Below are positions 56,661 to 64,000 of a stretch of DNA of 64,000 bases, one piece after another. The stretch's first letter is position 1, and the number at the start of each line of letters is the position of its first letter. This DNA is from Allosphingosinicella sp. Its GTDB lineage: Bacteria; Pseudomonadota; Alphaproteobacteria; Sphingomonadales; Sphingomonadaceae. The DNA lies in the NCBI GenBank assembly GCA_036273615.1, contig DASUHH010000032.1, positions 798 to 64,797 on the forward strand. Reading direction: 5' to 3'. The notes below the pieces were generated by a model. It did not search any database. It was not told the DNA's origin and worked only from the letters and a program-made list of their open reading frames with translations. A program made the position numbers and the translations under genes.

Positions 56661-56774
56661 ATGGCCAAAGGTCAGAAGAAGAGCAACAAGGAAGCCAGGA
56701 AGCCCAAGAAGGAGGTCAAGAAGGTGATCGCCGCCAACCCCTCCACCAAGGGCACGTCCCCGGCGAAGGGCTGA
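56661..56774 (+). CDS. Lys-rich microprotein (37 aa)
   Basis: RBS AAGGAG; MAKGQKKSNKEARKPKKEVKK...; TGATG overlap with the next ORF. Below the ORF-track cutoff. Confidence 0.7.
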   Translation: MAKGQKKSNKEARKPKKEVKKVIAANPSTKGTSPAKG

Positions 56775-56953
56775 TGGCCGAGCCCTTCGCCCGCCACCGC
56801 CAGCCCTGGAAGAGCGAGGAGATCCAGAAGCTCCACCGGCTGGCGGCCAAGGGCATGGGCGTCAAGGCGATCGCGAAAGCGCTGACCCGCACCGAGGAAT
56901 CGGTGCAGGACCGGGCGAAGGCCGACGGCGTGAAGATCGCGAAATTGCGGTAA
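56774..56953 (+). CDS. small Myb/SANT- or GcrA-like HTH protein (59 aa)
   Basis: PWKSEEIQKL..LA.KG.....IAKALTRTEESV...A; translationally coupled to the upstream ORF. Confidence 0.7.
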   Translation: MAEPFARHRQPWKSEEIQKLHRLAAKGMGVKAIAKALTRTEESVQDRAKADGVKIAKLR

Positions 56954-57023
56954 CGGCGCGGCAAGGGTGCCGCCCCGGCCCCTGCCGGGCATTCGGCGCC
57001 GCCGACGCCTGGAGGCAAAGCCA

Positions 57024-57173
57024 ATGTCGCTCGACGACGAGATCATCGACACGCCGGACGGGCCCATGACCTGGGCCCAGTGGAAGAAAAAGCACCCCGT
57101 CCAGATCCCTTCGCGCCGCACGAAGGGAAAGAAGCTGCCGGTCAAGGTGAAGCGCTTCACGTCGGACCCCTGA
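57024..57173 (+). CDS. basic microprotein (49 aa)
   Basis: RBS GGAGG; MSLDDEIIDTPDGPMTWAQWKKKHPVQIPSRRTKGK. Confidence 0.65.
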   Translation: MSLDDEIIDTPDGPMTWAQWKKKHPVQIPSRRTKGKKLPVKVKRFTSDP

Positions 57174-57208
57174 CCGCCCGCGCGGCCGGGCCCGCCGCTG
57201 ATCGGGGC

Positions 57209-57439
57209 TCAGGCGAGAGGGAAGCTGCGGCTTTCCCCATGGCGCCTGGCGGCCGTTTCCGCGGCTTCGTTATGCACCCTTGCATAGAGGCCGCGCGCCC
57301 CGCCCTCGACAATCTCCGCGTCCGGGTCGCTCTCCAGGAGCATCGGCAGCAGGTCGCGAGCCTCGTCTGGAGTCGCGGCAATCGCCACCAGCTTCGGATA
57401 TTCGGGTCGTTCGGCCTGCGGCCGCTTGTTCCATCTCAT
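57209..57439 (-). CDS. small hypothetical protein (76 aa)
   Basis: ATG start and plausible alpha/beta composition; convergent with the plus-strand microproteins. Confidence 0.45.
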   Translation of the reverse strand: MRWNKRPQAERPEYPKLVAIAATPDEARDLLPMLLESDPDAEIVEGGARGLYARVHNEAAETAARRHGESRSFPLA

Positions 57440-57557
57440 CCGTCCCGCTTCACCAGAAACCCGCCCCCCGCGCAACGGAATTGACTGGGTTCGCGAGCAT
57501 TTCCGGACGCTCCTTGAGGCTCGGGACAATCGGCAGGCGCAAAGCCCCGCGCGCCGC

Positions 57558-57785
57558 CTATTTGCTCGCAAACTGCCCCGGTTGCGCCCCGAAATTCCGC
57601 TTCGCATGCGCCCGGGCGGCGTTCGCCGTCTCGAACAGCTCCTCCACGCGGGTCGTCGTCACGATCGGGTAGCCCTGGCTGTTGTAGCGCGTGTCGCGGC
57701 AGCTCAGCCGCCACGAGCCTTCGCCTTCCCTGACGATGAGGAAGGGCGTTGCCGCGGCCCGGCTGTGATCGGAAGTGCCGCTCAT
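57558..57785 (-). CDS. small hypothetical protein (75 aa)
   Basis: RBS AAGGAG; directly downstream of infA on the same strand. Confidence 0.65.
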   Translation of the reverse strand: MSGTSDHSRAAATPFLIVREGEGSWRLSCRDTRYNSQGYPIVTTTRVEELFETANAARAHAKRNFGAQPGQFASK

Positions 57786-57845
57786 GTCATTCTCCTTTTT
57801 GCCGCCGCGCCCGCGCGCTCCCTCGCCTGTCCTGAACGCGCGCCA

Positions 57846-58106
57846 TCAGCGCTTCGCTCCCGGCCGCCGGCCGGGGCCCTGCCCCGGCGTGCGCTCGCGG
57901 AAGATCAGGCGGCCCTTGGTCAGATCGTAGGGCGTCATCTCGACATGGACGCGGTCGCCGACCACCGATCGGATGCGGAACCGGCGCATCTTCCCCGCAG
58001 TGTAGACGATCACCCGGTGATCGTTGTCGAGCCGGACGCCGAAGCGGCCGTCCGGAAGGATCTCGTCTATCTGTCCCTCGACGGTGAGGGTCGCTTCCTT
58101 GGCCAT
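57846..58106 (-). CDS. infA: translation initiation factor IF-1 (divergent copy with basic C-tail)
   Basis: MAKE.....EG.I.E.LP...F.V.LDN......[28 protein letters not shown]. Confidence 0.93.
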   Translation of the reverse strand: MAKEATLTVEGQIDEILPDGRFGVRLDNDHRVIVYTAGKMRRFRIRSVVGDRVHVEMTPYDLTKGRLIFRERTPGQGPGRRPGAKR

Positions 58107-58786
58107 GGTCTCTCCGCAGGATGAGCGCGGGCTGCGCGCGGGAATGGGGAACGGGCCGCCGGGGCGGATGCCGCGGCGGGTCGGCTCTGAAGCGTGGAAG
58201 GGAAAGCGGGCGAGCCCGTTATTCGCTCGCAAGCGACGTCGCCAGGGGGCGATAGGAGCCGCGCCGCCGGGACGCAATCCCGCAAAGCGGACGGGCGGCG
58301 CCAGGCCCCCGCCTCGACGGCGCCGTCCATGGCGCCGGCCTCGCCCGCGCCGTGCGGCACGAGCAGGCCGAAGCAATCCGCATAGGGGATGAAGATCGGC
58401 CGCCGCGCCTCCGCCCCTCCGCGCGGCGCGGCGCTCGCGGGGACCGGGACGGGCGGCAGCCTGCGCCGCGAGACGTTCGGCCGGTCCACGACCATAAAGC
58501 TTGATCCTCTTGGACGGGAGCATTGGAGATATCGTGCGGGAGCCTGGCCATGAGCAGGTGCGCGGTGCCCCGCACCGCGCAGCCCTGTCCGGGGAGCAAA
58601 GCGGGCCTGCTCGATCCAAGCCGATCATGCTTTATTGTTGAAGATCGCCCCGACATAGTCGCCGCCGAACGTGTAGACCTTCTCGGCCGACACGCGCCCG
58701 AGCGGCGTTCCGTCCAGGCCGTAAATATTGTCGTCCAGCCGAAAGCCCTGGGGCCGGCCGTCGGCGGCATAGATGGAATCGGCCAC
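58067..58786 (-). pseudogene. beta-repeat (4-fold beta-flower-like) gene split by a MITE
   Basis: The 5' half VADSIYAADGRPQGFRLDDNIYGLDGTPLGRV..EKVYTFGGDYVGAIFNN joins in frame to [15 protein letters not shown]... when 58497-58632 and one TA are removed. The 3' end is uncertain. Confidence 0.7.
58497..58632. mobile_element. 136-bp MITE with TA target-site duplication
   Basis: Imperfect TIRs AAGC(T/A)TGATC..CTTGGA, flanked by TA at 58495-58496 and 58633-58634. Confidence 0.8.
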
Positions 58787-59514
58787 CCCCGCTTTCCCTC
58801 AGACCCGGTCCCGGGGCGCGGCATGGGCGGGCTTGCGGATCGGGTGGACATTGTCCGGACGCCGCTGGCTCGGCCCGCCCTGCGTCTGCTCGCGGCTGCC
58901 CTGGCCGAAGTCGATGAGCGGGCCGCCGCCTTTCCCGTCCGGCCGCGCCGGCGCCTCCGGGCTCGGCGACGTCGTCATCTCCCGCTCCTCGCCAGGCCGG
59001 CATCCGCCCTGCGGCGCGCGGCCTCGATCCCGGTTTCCAGCCGGTGGAGGAGATCCGCGCGGGTCGTCCAGGCGGCGGCGCTATTCTCCATGCGGGCGCG
59101 GGGCCAGCCTTCGTCGAGCGCGCCGGCGGAGGCGAGATCGGCCGCGGCGAGCGCGCGGCAGCCCTGCGCCGTGTCCTGCGGCTGCTTCCGGCGCCCGTGC
59201 CCCGAAACGCCCGCGGCCTCCGGCTCGCGCGCGGCTGCCGGCGCGGCGCCGGCCTGCCCGTTTCTTGAGCTGATCATCACCATCATTCCTTCCGCAGCCA
59301 GCGGGAGCGCGAGTCTCTCGGTCACGGGGCGCTGGCGGGGGAGGCCGGGTGATGATGCCGAGATGGGCGCTCGAGGCGGCAATAGCAATGGGCGGCGGCA
59401 CGATGCCGATGCGACGGCGATCGACGTCGGCGGGCCGGCCCGGCGGCGGGCGGTGAAGGATAAGGGCCAACCTGCCACGGTGACGGCGGGCGTTCGGGCC
59501 GCTACACCGCCGTA

Positions 59515-60273
59515 ATGAACGACTTCGCCAATGCCGTCGCCTTGATCACCGGCGCCGCGTCCGGGATCGGCGCCGCGACCGCGACCCGCCTCGCCGCCGC
59601 CGGCGCGCGCAAGCTGATCCTCGTCGACCTCGACGAAGAGAAATTGCGCGATTTCGCCTTCACTCTGCCGTGCGAGCGCCAGCCCATCATCGGCGACGTC
59701 GCCGATCCGTCGCTCTGGGCGAGCGCCGATCTCACCGGCCTCACCCATGCCGTCGCCAATGCCGGCATCGGCGCCGGCGCGCCGATCCTCGACACCGAGT
59801 TCGAGGATTGGCGGCGCGTGCTCTCGGCCAATCTCGACGGCGCCTTCCTGACCCTGCAGGCGGCGATGCGGGCGATGGGCGAGCGCGGTGGCGCGATCGT
59901 CCTCACCGCCTCGGTCGCCGGGCTCAAGGCGGAGCCGGGCATCGCCGCCTACGGTGCGTCCAAGGCAGGCGTCATCCAGCTCGCCCGAATCGCCGCAAGG
60001 GAAGGCGCCCCGCTCGGCATCCGAGTCAATGCGATCGCGCCCGGCGGGGTCGAGACTCCGATCTGGCGCGGCGTCCCTTTCTTCGGCCAGCTGGTCGAGA
60101 GCCTGGGCAGCGAGGACGCAGCGTTCAAGGCGATGGGCAATGCCGGCAACACCCCCGCCAGCCGCTTCGCGAAGCCTGCGGAGATTGCCGGCCAGATCGC
60201 CTTCCTCCTCTCCGACTCCTGCGCCTTCGTCACCGGCGCCTGCTTCGTCGCCGATGGCGGCTATTCGCTCTAG
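59515..60273 (+). CDS. short-chain dehydrogenase/reductase
   Basis: ITGAASGIG, ANAG, YGASK (YxxxK) and IRVNAIAPG. Confidence 0.95.
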   Translation: MNDFANAVALITGAASGIGAATATRLAAAGARKLILVDLDEEKLRDFAFTLPCERQPIIGDVADPSLWASADLTGLTHAVANAGIGAGAPILDTEFEDWRRVLSANLDGAFLTLQAAMRAMGERGGAIVLTASVAGLKAEPGIAAYGASKAGVIQLARIAAREGAPLGIRVNAIAPGGVETPIWRGVPFFGQLVESLGSEDAAFKAMGNAGNTPASRFAKPAEIAGQIAFLLSDSCAFVTGACFVADGGYSL

Positions 60274-60300
60274 GAATCTCGACGGAAATCCTCCCAAAAT

Positions 60301-60427
60301 CCTCTCTCCCTTCGAGGGGATGAGGGTGACACCGTCGGAGAATTTCCGCGAAGCCTGCCACCCTCACCCAACTGCGCCTGGGCTCCTTCGTCGCCAAGGC
60401 GCCGCATCCCATCAAAGGGAGGGGAGA
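60301..60427. repeat. palindromic intergenic repeat, related to 21845-22102
   Basis: CTCTCCCTTCGAGGGGATGAGGGTGAC...CACCCTCACCCAACTGCGCCTGGGCTCCTTCGTCGCCAAG...CATCCCATCAAAGGGAGGGGAGA. Confidence 0.8.
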
Positions 60428-60447
60428 AAAAGAGGTACCGATTACCC

Positions 60448-61212
60448 ATGCGTTCCAGCCTCGAATTCCTCGCCGCCGCCCTGCTCCTCGCAGGGTGCCA
60501 GGCGCATTCCGCGCCCGACCAGGCCCGCGCCACGAGCGCCTGCACCGAACGCACATTCGAAGGTACGCGCTTCACCGCCTGCCGCTACGACGCCCGGCGC
60601 GACGAGATCCGGCTGATCGACGCCGACGCGCACGGTCCGCTGCGCAGCTTCGCGCGGCTGAAGGGCGCGCTCGGCAGGGATTCGGGCCGGCTTCTCTTCG
60701 CGATGAATGCGGGGATGTTCGATCCGGCCGGCTTGCCGGTCGGCCTCTCGATCGAGCAGGGCGTTGAGAAACACCGGATCAACCGCCGCAGCGGCGGGTC
60801 CGACAATTTCTCGATGCAGCCGAACGGCGTCTTCGCCGCCGACGGCGAAGGCCATGTCGCGATCGTTCCGAGCGGCGACTGGCCGCCGGCGAATTTCCGC
60901 GCGCGCTGGGCGACCCAATCGGGGCCGATGCTGGTCATCGCCGGCAAGCTCCATCCGAAGATCCAGCCGAACGGAACCGCGCTCAACATCCGCAACGGCG
61001 TCGGCGTCGACGGCCGCGACACGGCCTGGTTCGTGATCAGCGATCAGCCGGTCTCGTTCGGCCGCCTCGCCCGCTTCTTTCGCGACGAGCTCGGCTGCCC
61101 GAACGCGCTCTATTTCGACGGCGCGATCTCCAGCCTGTGGGAGCCCGCCGCCGGCCGCGAGGATTCGGCCTATGCGCTCGGCCCGATGGTCGCGGTGCTG
61201 AAGCGGCGTTGA
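60448..61212 (+). CDS. phosphodiester glycosidase (NAGPA/YigE-like) family lipoprotein
   Basis: Lipobox LAGC, FAMNAGMF, NF...PNGVF, ATQSGPML, RNGVG and LYFDG.IS. Confidence 0.88.
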   Translation: MRSSLEFLAAALLLAGCQAHSAPDQARATSACTERTFEGTRFTACRYDARRDEIRLIDADAHGPLRSFARLKGALGRDSGRLLFAMNAGMFDPAGLPVGLSIEQGVEKHRINRRSGGSDNFSMQPNGVFAADGEGHVAIVPSGDWPPANFRARWATQSGPMLVIAGKLHPKIQPNGTALNIRNGVGVDGRDTAWFVISDQPVSFGRLARFFRDELGCPNALYFDGAISSLWEPAAGREDSAYALGPMVAVLKRR

Positions 61213-61279
61213 AGTTTCAGAAAGGCTGGACCGCCCTCGGCGCCGATCCTAGACTCGCGCGGCACCGGGAAGGAGCGGA

Positions 61280-61627
61280 ATGAGCGAGGACGAGGACGGA
61301 CGGGAGAAAGGCCGTTACGAGCGGGAGGTCGAGGCGCGCTTCGGCCGCGAGGATCCGGACGCGGATCCGCCCGCCGCAACCAGCCGGCGCAACCCGGCGA
61401 TCGCCTGGCTGATCTTCCTCGTCCTGCTCGCGATCGTCGTCGCTTTCTGCTGGCCTTATATTGCGCCGCTCATGCACCGCAGCGTCATCCCGACCACGCC
61501 GCCGAGCCAGGCCCGCGCGCAGCCCCTCCCCGGCGCGCAATCGCGCCCGAAGCCCCCGGCCACCGTCTATCCCCCCTGCACCGCGACCCGCACCGACCGC
61601 TGCGTGCAGAAGGAGGACGGCAAATAG
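61280..61627 (+). CDS. small bitopic membrane protein with C-terminal YPPC-x4-TD-x-C motif
   Basis: RBS GAAGGAG, one TM helix, Pro-rich linker and VYPPCTATRTDRCVQ. Confidence 0.7.
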   Translation: MSEDEDGREKGRYEREVEARFGREDPDADPPAATSRRNPAIAWLIFLVLLAIVVAFCWPYIAPLMHRSVIPTTPPSQARAQPLPGAQSRPKPPATVYPPCTATRTDRCVQKEDGK

Positions 61628-61700
61628 CGCGGGGTGCGCTTGCTTCAGAAGCCTCCTCCCCTCGATGGGCAGGGGGATCGCATGGAATCGGGCAACCCTT

Positions 61701-61811
61701 ACCGTTCGTCCCGAGCCTGTCCTGAGCGACGCCGCAGGCGGCGTCGAAGGGGACTTCATTTTCTCTCTGCCACAAGGAAGGGACAGGCTTCGACAGGCTC
61801 AGCCCGAACGG
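61701..61811. mobile_element. MITE-like element of the CTGAGC..GTCGAAGG family
   Basis: TIRs CCGTTCG...GAGCCTGTC / GACAGGCTC...CGAACGG, preceded by a short CCTCCTCCCCTCGATGGG hairpin like those at about 25210 and 43712. Confidence 0.8.
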
Positions 61812-61879
61812 CCCAAAGCTGTCGGAGACCCAATATGCGATAGCTCTGCCCGTCGAGGCGAGGATTTGAGTGTTCCGCC

Positions 61880-62581
61880 CTAAACCGAAGCACTGAGCGC
61901 CGGCTCCTGCGGCTCCGCCAGCACCCGCGGCACCGAGCGCGGGCGGCGCGCGCGCATCGGGACGATCGCCCGCCCGTTCACGACCAGGTCGGGGACGATC
62001 AGGCTGAGGACGATGAACGCCCAATAGAGCGCCGTCATCTTCTCATAATCCATGCCGGGCAGCAGCGCGTCGGGGATGATCCGCGTCAGCACGAAGGTGT
62101 AGGTCAGGCCGAAGCTCCGCCCCATCCACAAACGATGCTGGACGAAGTTGCGGTTCATCGCCGCGAACCAGCCGAACGAGGTGCAGAGGAACCAGAGCGC
62201 CCCCATCGTGCCCATCACCCACCAGTTCGCCTCCACCTCGAACCTGAGGACGATGAGGATGGAGAGCGAAGAGGAGATCAGGCAGGCGCCGACATAGATC
62301 CGGCCGAGCAGCCGGTGCAGCCCCGGCCGGCGGCGCCGAAGCGTCCCCGAAAATTGCAGCGGCGCGATCAGGAAGCCGATCGTTCCGCCGGCGATGTGCG
62401 GCAGCAGCCACCAGCGCAGCGGCGTGAGATGCGCCCACATCGGATCGGCGGGCCGAAGCACATAGGCTTCGTGGGTGAGCAGGGTCGCAAGCGTCAGCAA
62501 GGCCGCGACGACGATGACCGCACGCTTGGGACTAAGCCCCCAGTCGAACCCCTTGTCTCCACTCCGGCGCACCGTCGCCAT
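61880..62581 (-). CDS. DUF2306 family membrane protein
   Basis: HIAGG.I...APLQF...RRR...LHR.LGRIY and QHR.WM.RSF. Confidence 0.88.
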   Translation of the reverse strand: MATVRRSGDKGFDWGLSPKRAVIVVAALLTLATLLTHEAYVLRPADPMWAHLTPLRWWLLPHIAGGTIGFLIAPLQFSGTLRRRRPGLHRLLGRIYVGACLISSSLSILIVLRFEVEANWWVMGTMGALWFLCTSFGWFAAMNRNFVQHRLWMGRSFGLTYTFVLTRIIPDALLPGMDYEKMTALYWAFIVLSLIVPDLVVNGRAIVPMRARRPRSVPRVLAEPQEPALSASV

Positions 62582-62792
62582 GCCCCTCTCCCCGAACTTG
62601 CCGGCGCTGAAACCGGCGCCGCGAAAGGCAAGGTTCGCATCGTCGCCGATCGTCCGCAACGGGAAAGCGTCGGCGAGGATGCGGGCTTCGGGCTCGCTCC
62701 TTCTTCACCGCTGCCGGGCTCCAGAGTGCATTCGATGTTCGGGAGGCGTTGAATGCCGAGGGGATTGCACGGGGCGCACGGCCCGCAATCGC

Positions 62793-63217
62793 TCAGCCCA
62801 AGGCCTTCCCGAGCAAGGCGACGATCCGCGCCTCCTCGGCGGGACCGAGCGCCTTCAGCGCGAACACCACCACATCTCGCCCGCGTCGAGCCCGGCCTTG
62901 TCGCTGAAGCCAAGGGTCGCGTAGCGCGCCTTGAACTTGCTCGCGCTCTGGAAATAACAGAGGACCTGGCCGTCGCTTGTATAAGCCGGCATTCCGTACC
63001 AGGTCCGCGGCGCGAGCTGCGGCGCATGCTCCTTGATCAGGGCGTCGAGCCGCTCGGCCATCGTCCGGTCCGGCTCCGCCAAGGCGGCGATGGCGGCGCG
63101 CGGGTCGGCTTCCCCGTCCCCCTTGCCGGCCTTCAGCTCCTTCGCCCGCGCCTTCATCGCGGCGCGCTCCTCCGCGCTGAAGCCGTCGCCCGCATTGCCT
63201 TTCTTCCTGTCCTTCAT
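62793..63217 (-). pseudogene. DUF1801/YdhG-like protein, frameshifted near the 3' end
   Basis: F.AEERAAMKARA.E, TWYGMPAY..DG.VLC.FQ.A.KFK.RY.TLGF. The frame stops at 62855, while another frame continues VVFALKALGPAEEARIVALLGKALG to 62793. Confidence 0.7.
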
Positions 63218-63233
63218 CCCATCGTCCTTCGAA

Positions 63234-64000
63234 TCAACGAATCGTCCCCCGCTCCACGCTTTTGAGGAACCGGACCAGCCCGGGGAAATAGCAGCCCTGG
63301 TCGTCATACATGGCAAGATGGCTGCCGTTCGGGCAGAAGAGGAGATGGCCGTCGGGCAGCCGCCGCGCCATCGCCTTCATCCAGTCCGGGTCCATCGTGT
63401 CGTGGCCGGCGGCGACGACCAAGGTCGGCACACGGATCAGATGGAGGTCGCGGCTGCGGTCCCAGTCGACGAGGCGGCCGCTGGCGCCAAGCTCGCTCGG
63501 CCCCTGCATCAACGTATAGATATGCTCGTTGACGTGGTTGAACGACCGCATCACCGGCTCGGGCCATTGGTCGGCCGGCCGGCGCAGCAGATGCTGCTCG
63601 TAATGCATCGGGATCAACGTCCCCATGTAGCGGGGGTCGTCGGTCTTGTGGGCCGCCTCAAGCTCCTTGACGAGGGCGAGCTTGCGCGGATCCATCGCCG
63701 GCTCGATCACCCGCTCGGCGTAGCGGTTATAGGCCGGCACCGAATCCATCATGTTGGAGATGACCAGGCATTTGAGGTTCGCCTGATATTTGAGCGCATA
63801 TTCGATGGCGAGGATGCCGCCCCAGCTATGACCGAACAGGCAGAAGTTCGACCGGTCGAGATGCAGCGCCTTTCGGACCTGCTCCACCTCCTCGACGTAG
63901 CGGGCGGTGGTCCAGAGATCGTCGTCGTCCGGCCGGTCGGAGAGGCCGGCGCCGAGCTGGTCGTAGTAGAAATATTCGATGCCCTGGCCCGGGAAAAAGC
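63234..64000 (-). CDS. proline iminopeptidase-family alpha/beta hydrolase (3' part; starts beyond the window)
   Basis: YYDQLG.G.SDRPD, GHSWGG nucleophile elbow, PTLV...GHD and GSH. Confidence 0.92.
   Translation of the reverse strand, partial: FFPGQGIEYFYYDQLGAGLSDRPDDDDLWTTARYVEEVEQVRKALHLDRSNFCLFGHSWGGILAIEYALKYQANLKCLVISNMMDSVPAYNRYAERVIEPAMDPRKLALVKELEAAHKTDDPRYMGTLIPMHYEQHLLRRPADQWPEPVMRSFNHVNEHIYTLMQGPSELGASGRLVDWDRSRDLHLIRVPTLVVAAGHDTMDPDWMKAMARRLPDGHLLFCPNGSHLAMYDDQGCYFPGLVRFLKSVERGTIR

Noticed and set aside
58975-59470. Several overlapping ORFs upstream of the SDR gene
   Set aside because: No consistent frame, RBS or motif; treated as intergenic.
61652-61660. CCTCCTCCC as a cuckoo (alpha-r14) sRNA loop
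   Set aside because: Single occurrence in the stem of a recurrent repeat hairpin, not in repeated loops.
1-64000. tRNA, rRNA, integrase, transposase, prophage or canonical defence genes
   Set aside because: No cloverleaf or T-loop with CCA context, no rRNA signatures and no DDE, recombinase or phage structural motifs found by eye. tRNAscan-SE or an HMM scan would be decisive.

Overview
High-GC alphaproteobacterial chromosome segment. Gene content, gene order and repeat families point to Sphingomonadaceae, probably Sphingosinicella/Allosphingosinicella-like (inference). Housekeeping blocks are ETF-QO/TPR/ispE, UDG-like/lytic transglycosylase and proS-lolE-lolD-dnaE. They alternate with accessory genes: GH3 beta-glucosidase, GH27 alpha-galactosidase, a TonB-dependent receptor, an acyltransferase-3/SGNH protein, a PAS-GGDEF-EAL protein, LysR/TetR/MarR/MucR regulators, a second infA and many small proteins. 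I saw no rRNA, tRNA, CRISPR array, transposase or prophage gene. At least a dozen palindromic MITE/REP-like elements from several families are present. One has a TA duplication and splits a gene; others appear to be absorbed into coding sequence. Strongest leads: (1) a module inserted between lolD and dnaE, encoding a secreted VIT/TPR/DUF2135-type protein with an internal TonB-box/plug fragment, translationally coupled to a signal peptidase I homologue whose catalytic Lys is Gln; (2) a stand-alone proteasome-beta/HslV-like protein with exact Thr1/Asp17/Lys33 spacing, next to a microprotein/infA cluster; (3) a PRMT7/9-like methyltransferase; (4) two candidate ncRNAs, one bounded by a sigma54 promoter and a terminator (336-495) and one a highly structured segment upstream of proS; (5) His-rich secreted microproteins with sigma-EcfG-type promoters. 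All family assignments are by eye from motifs; no database search was run.
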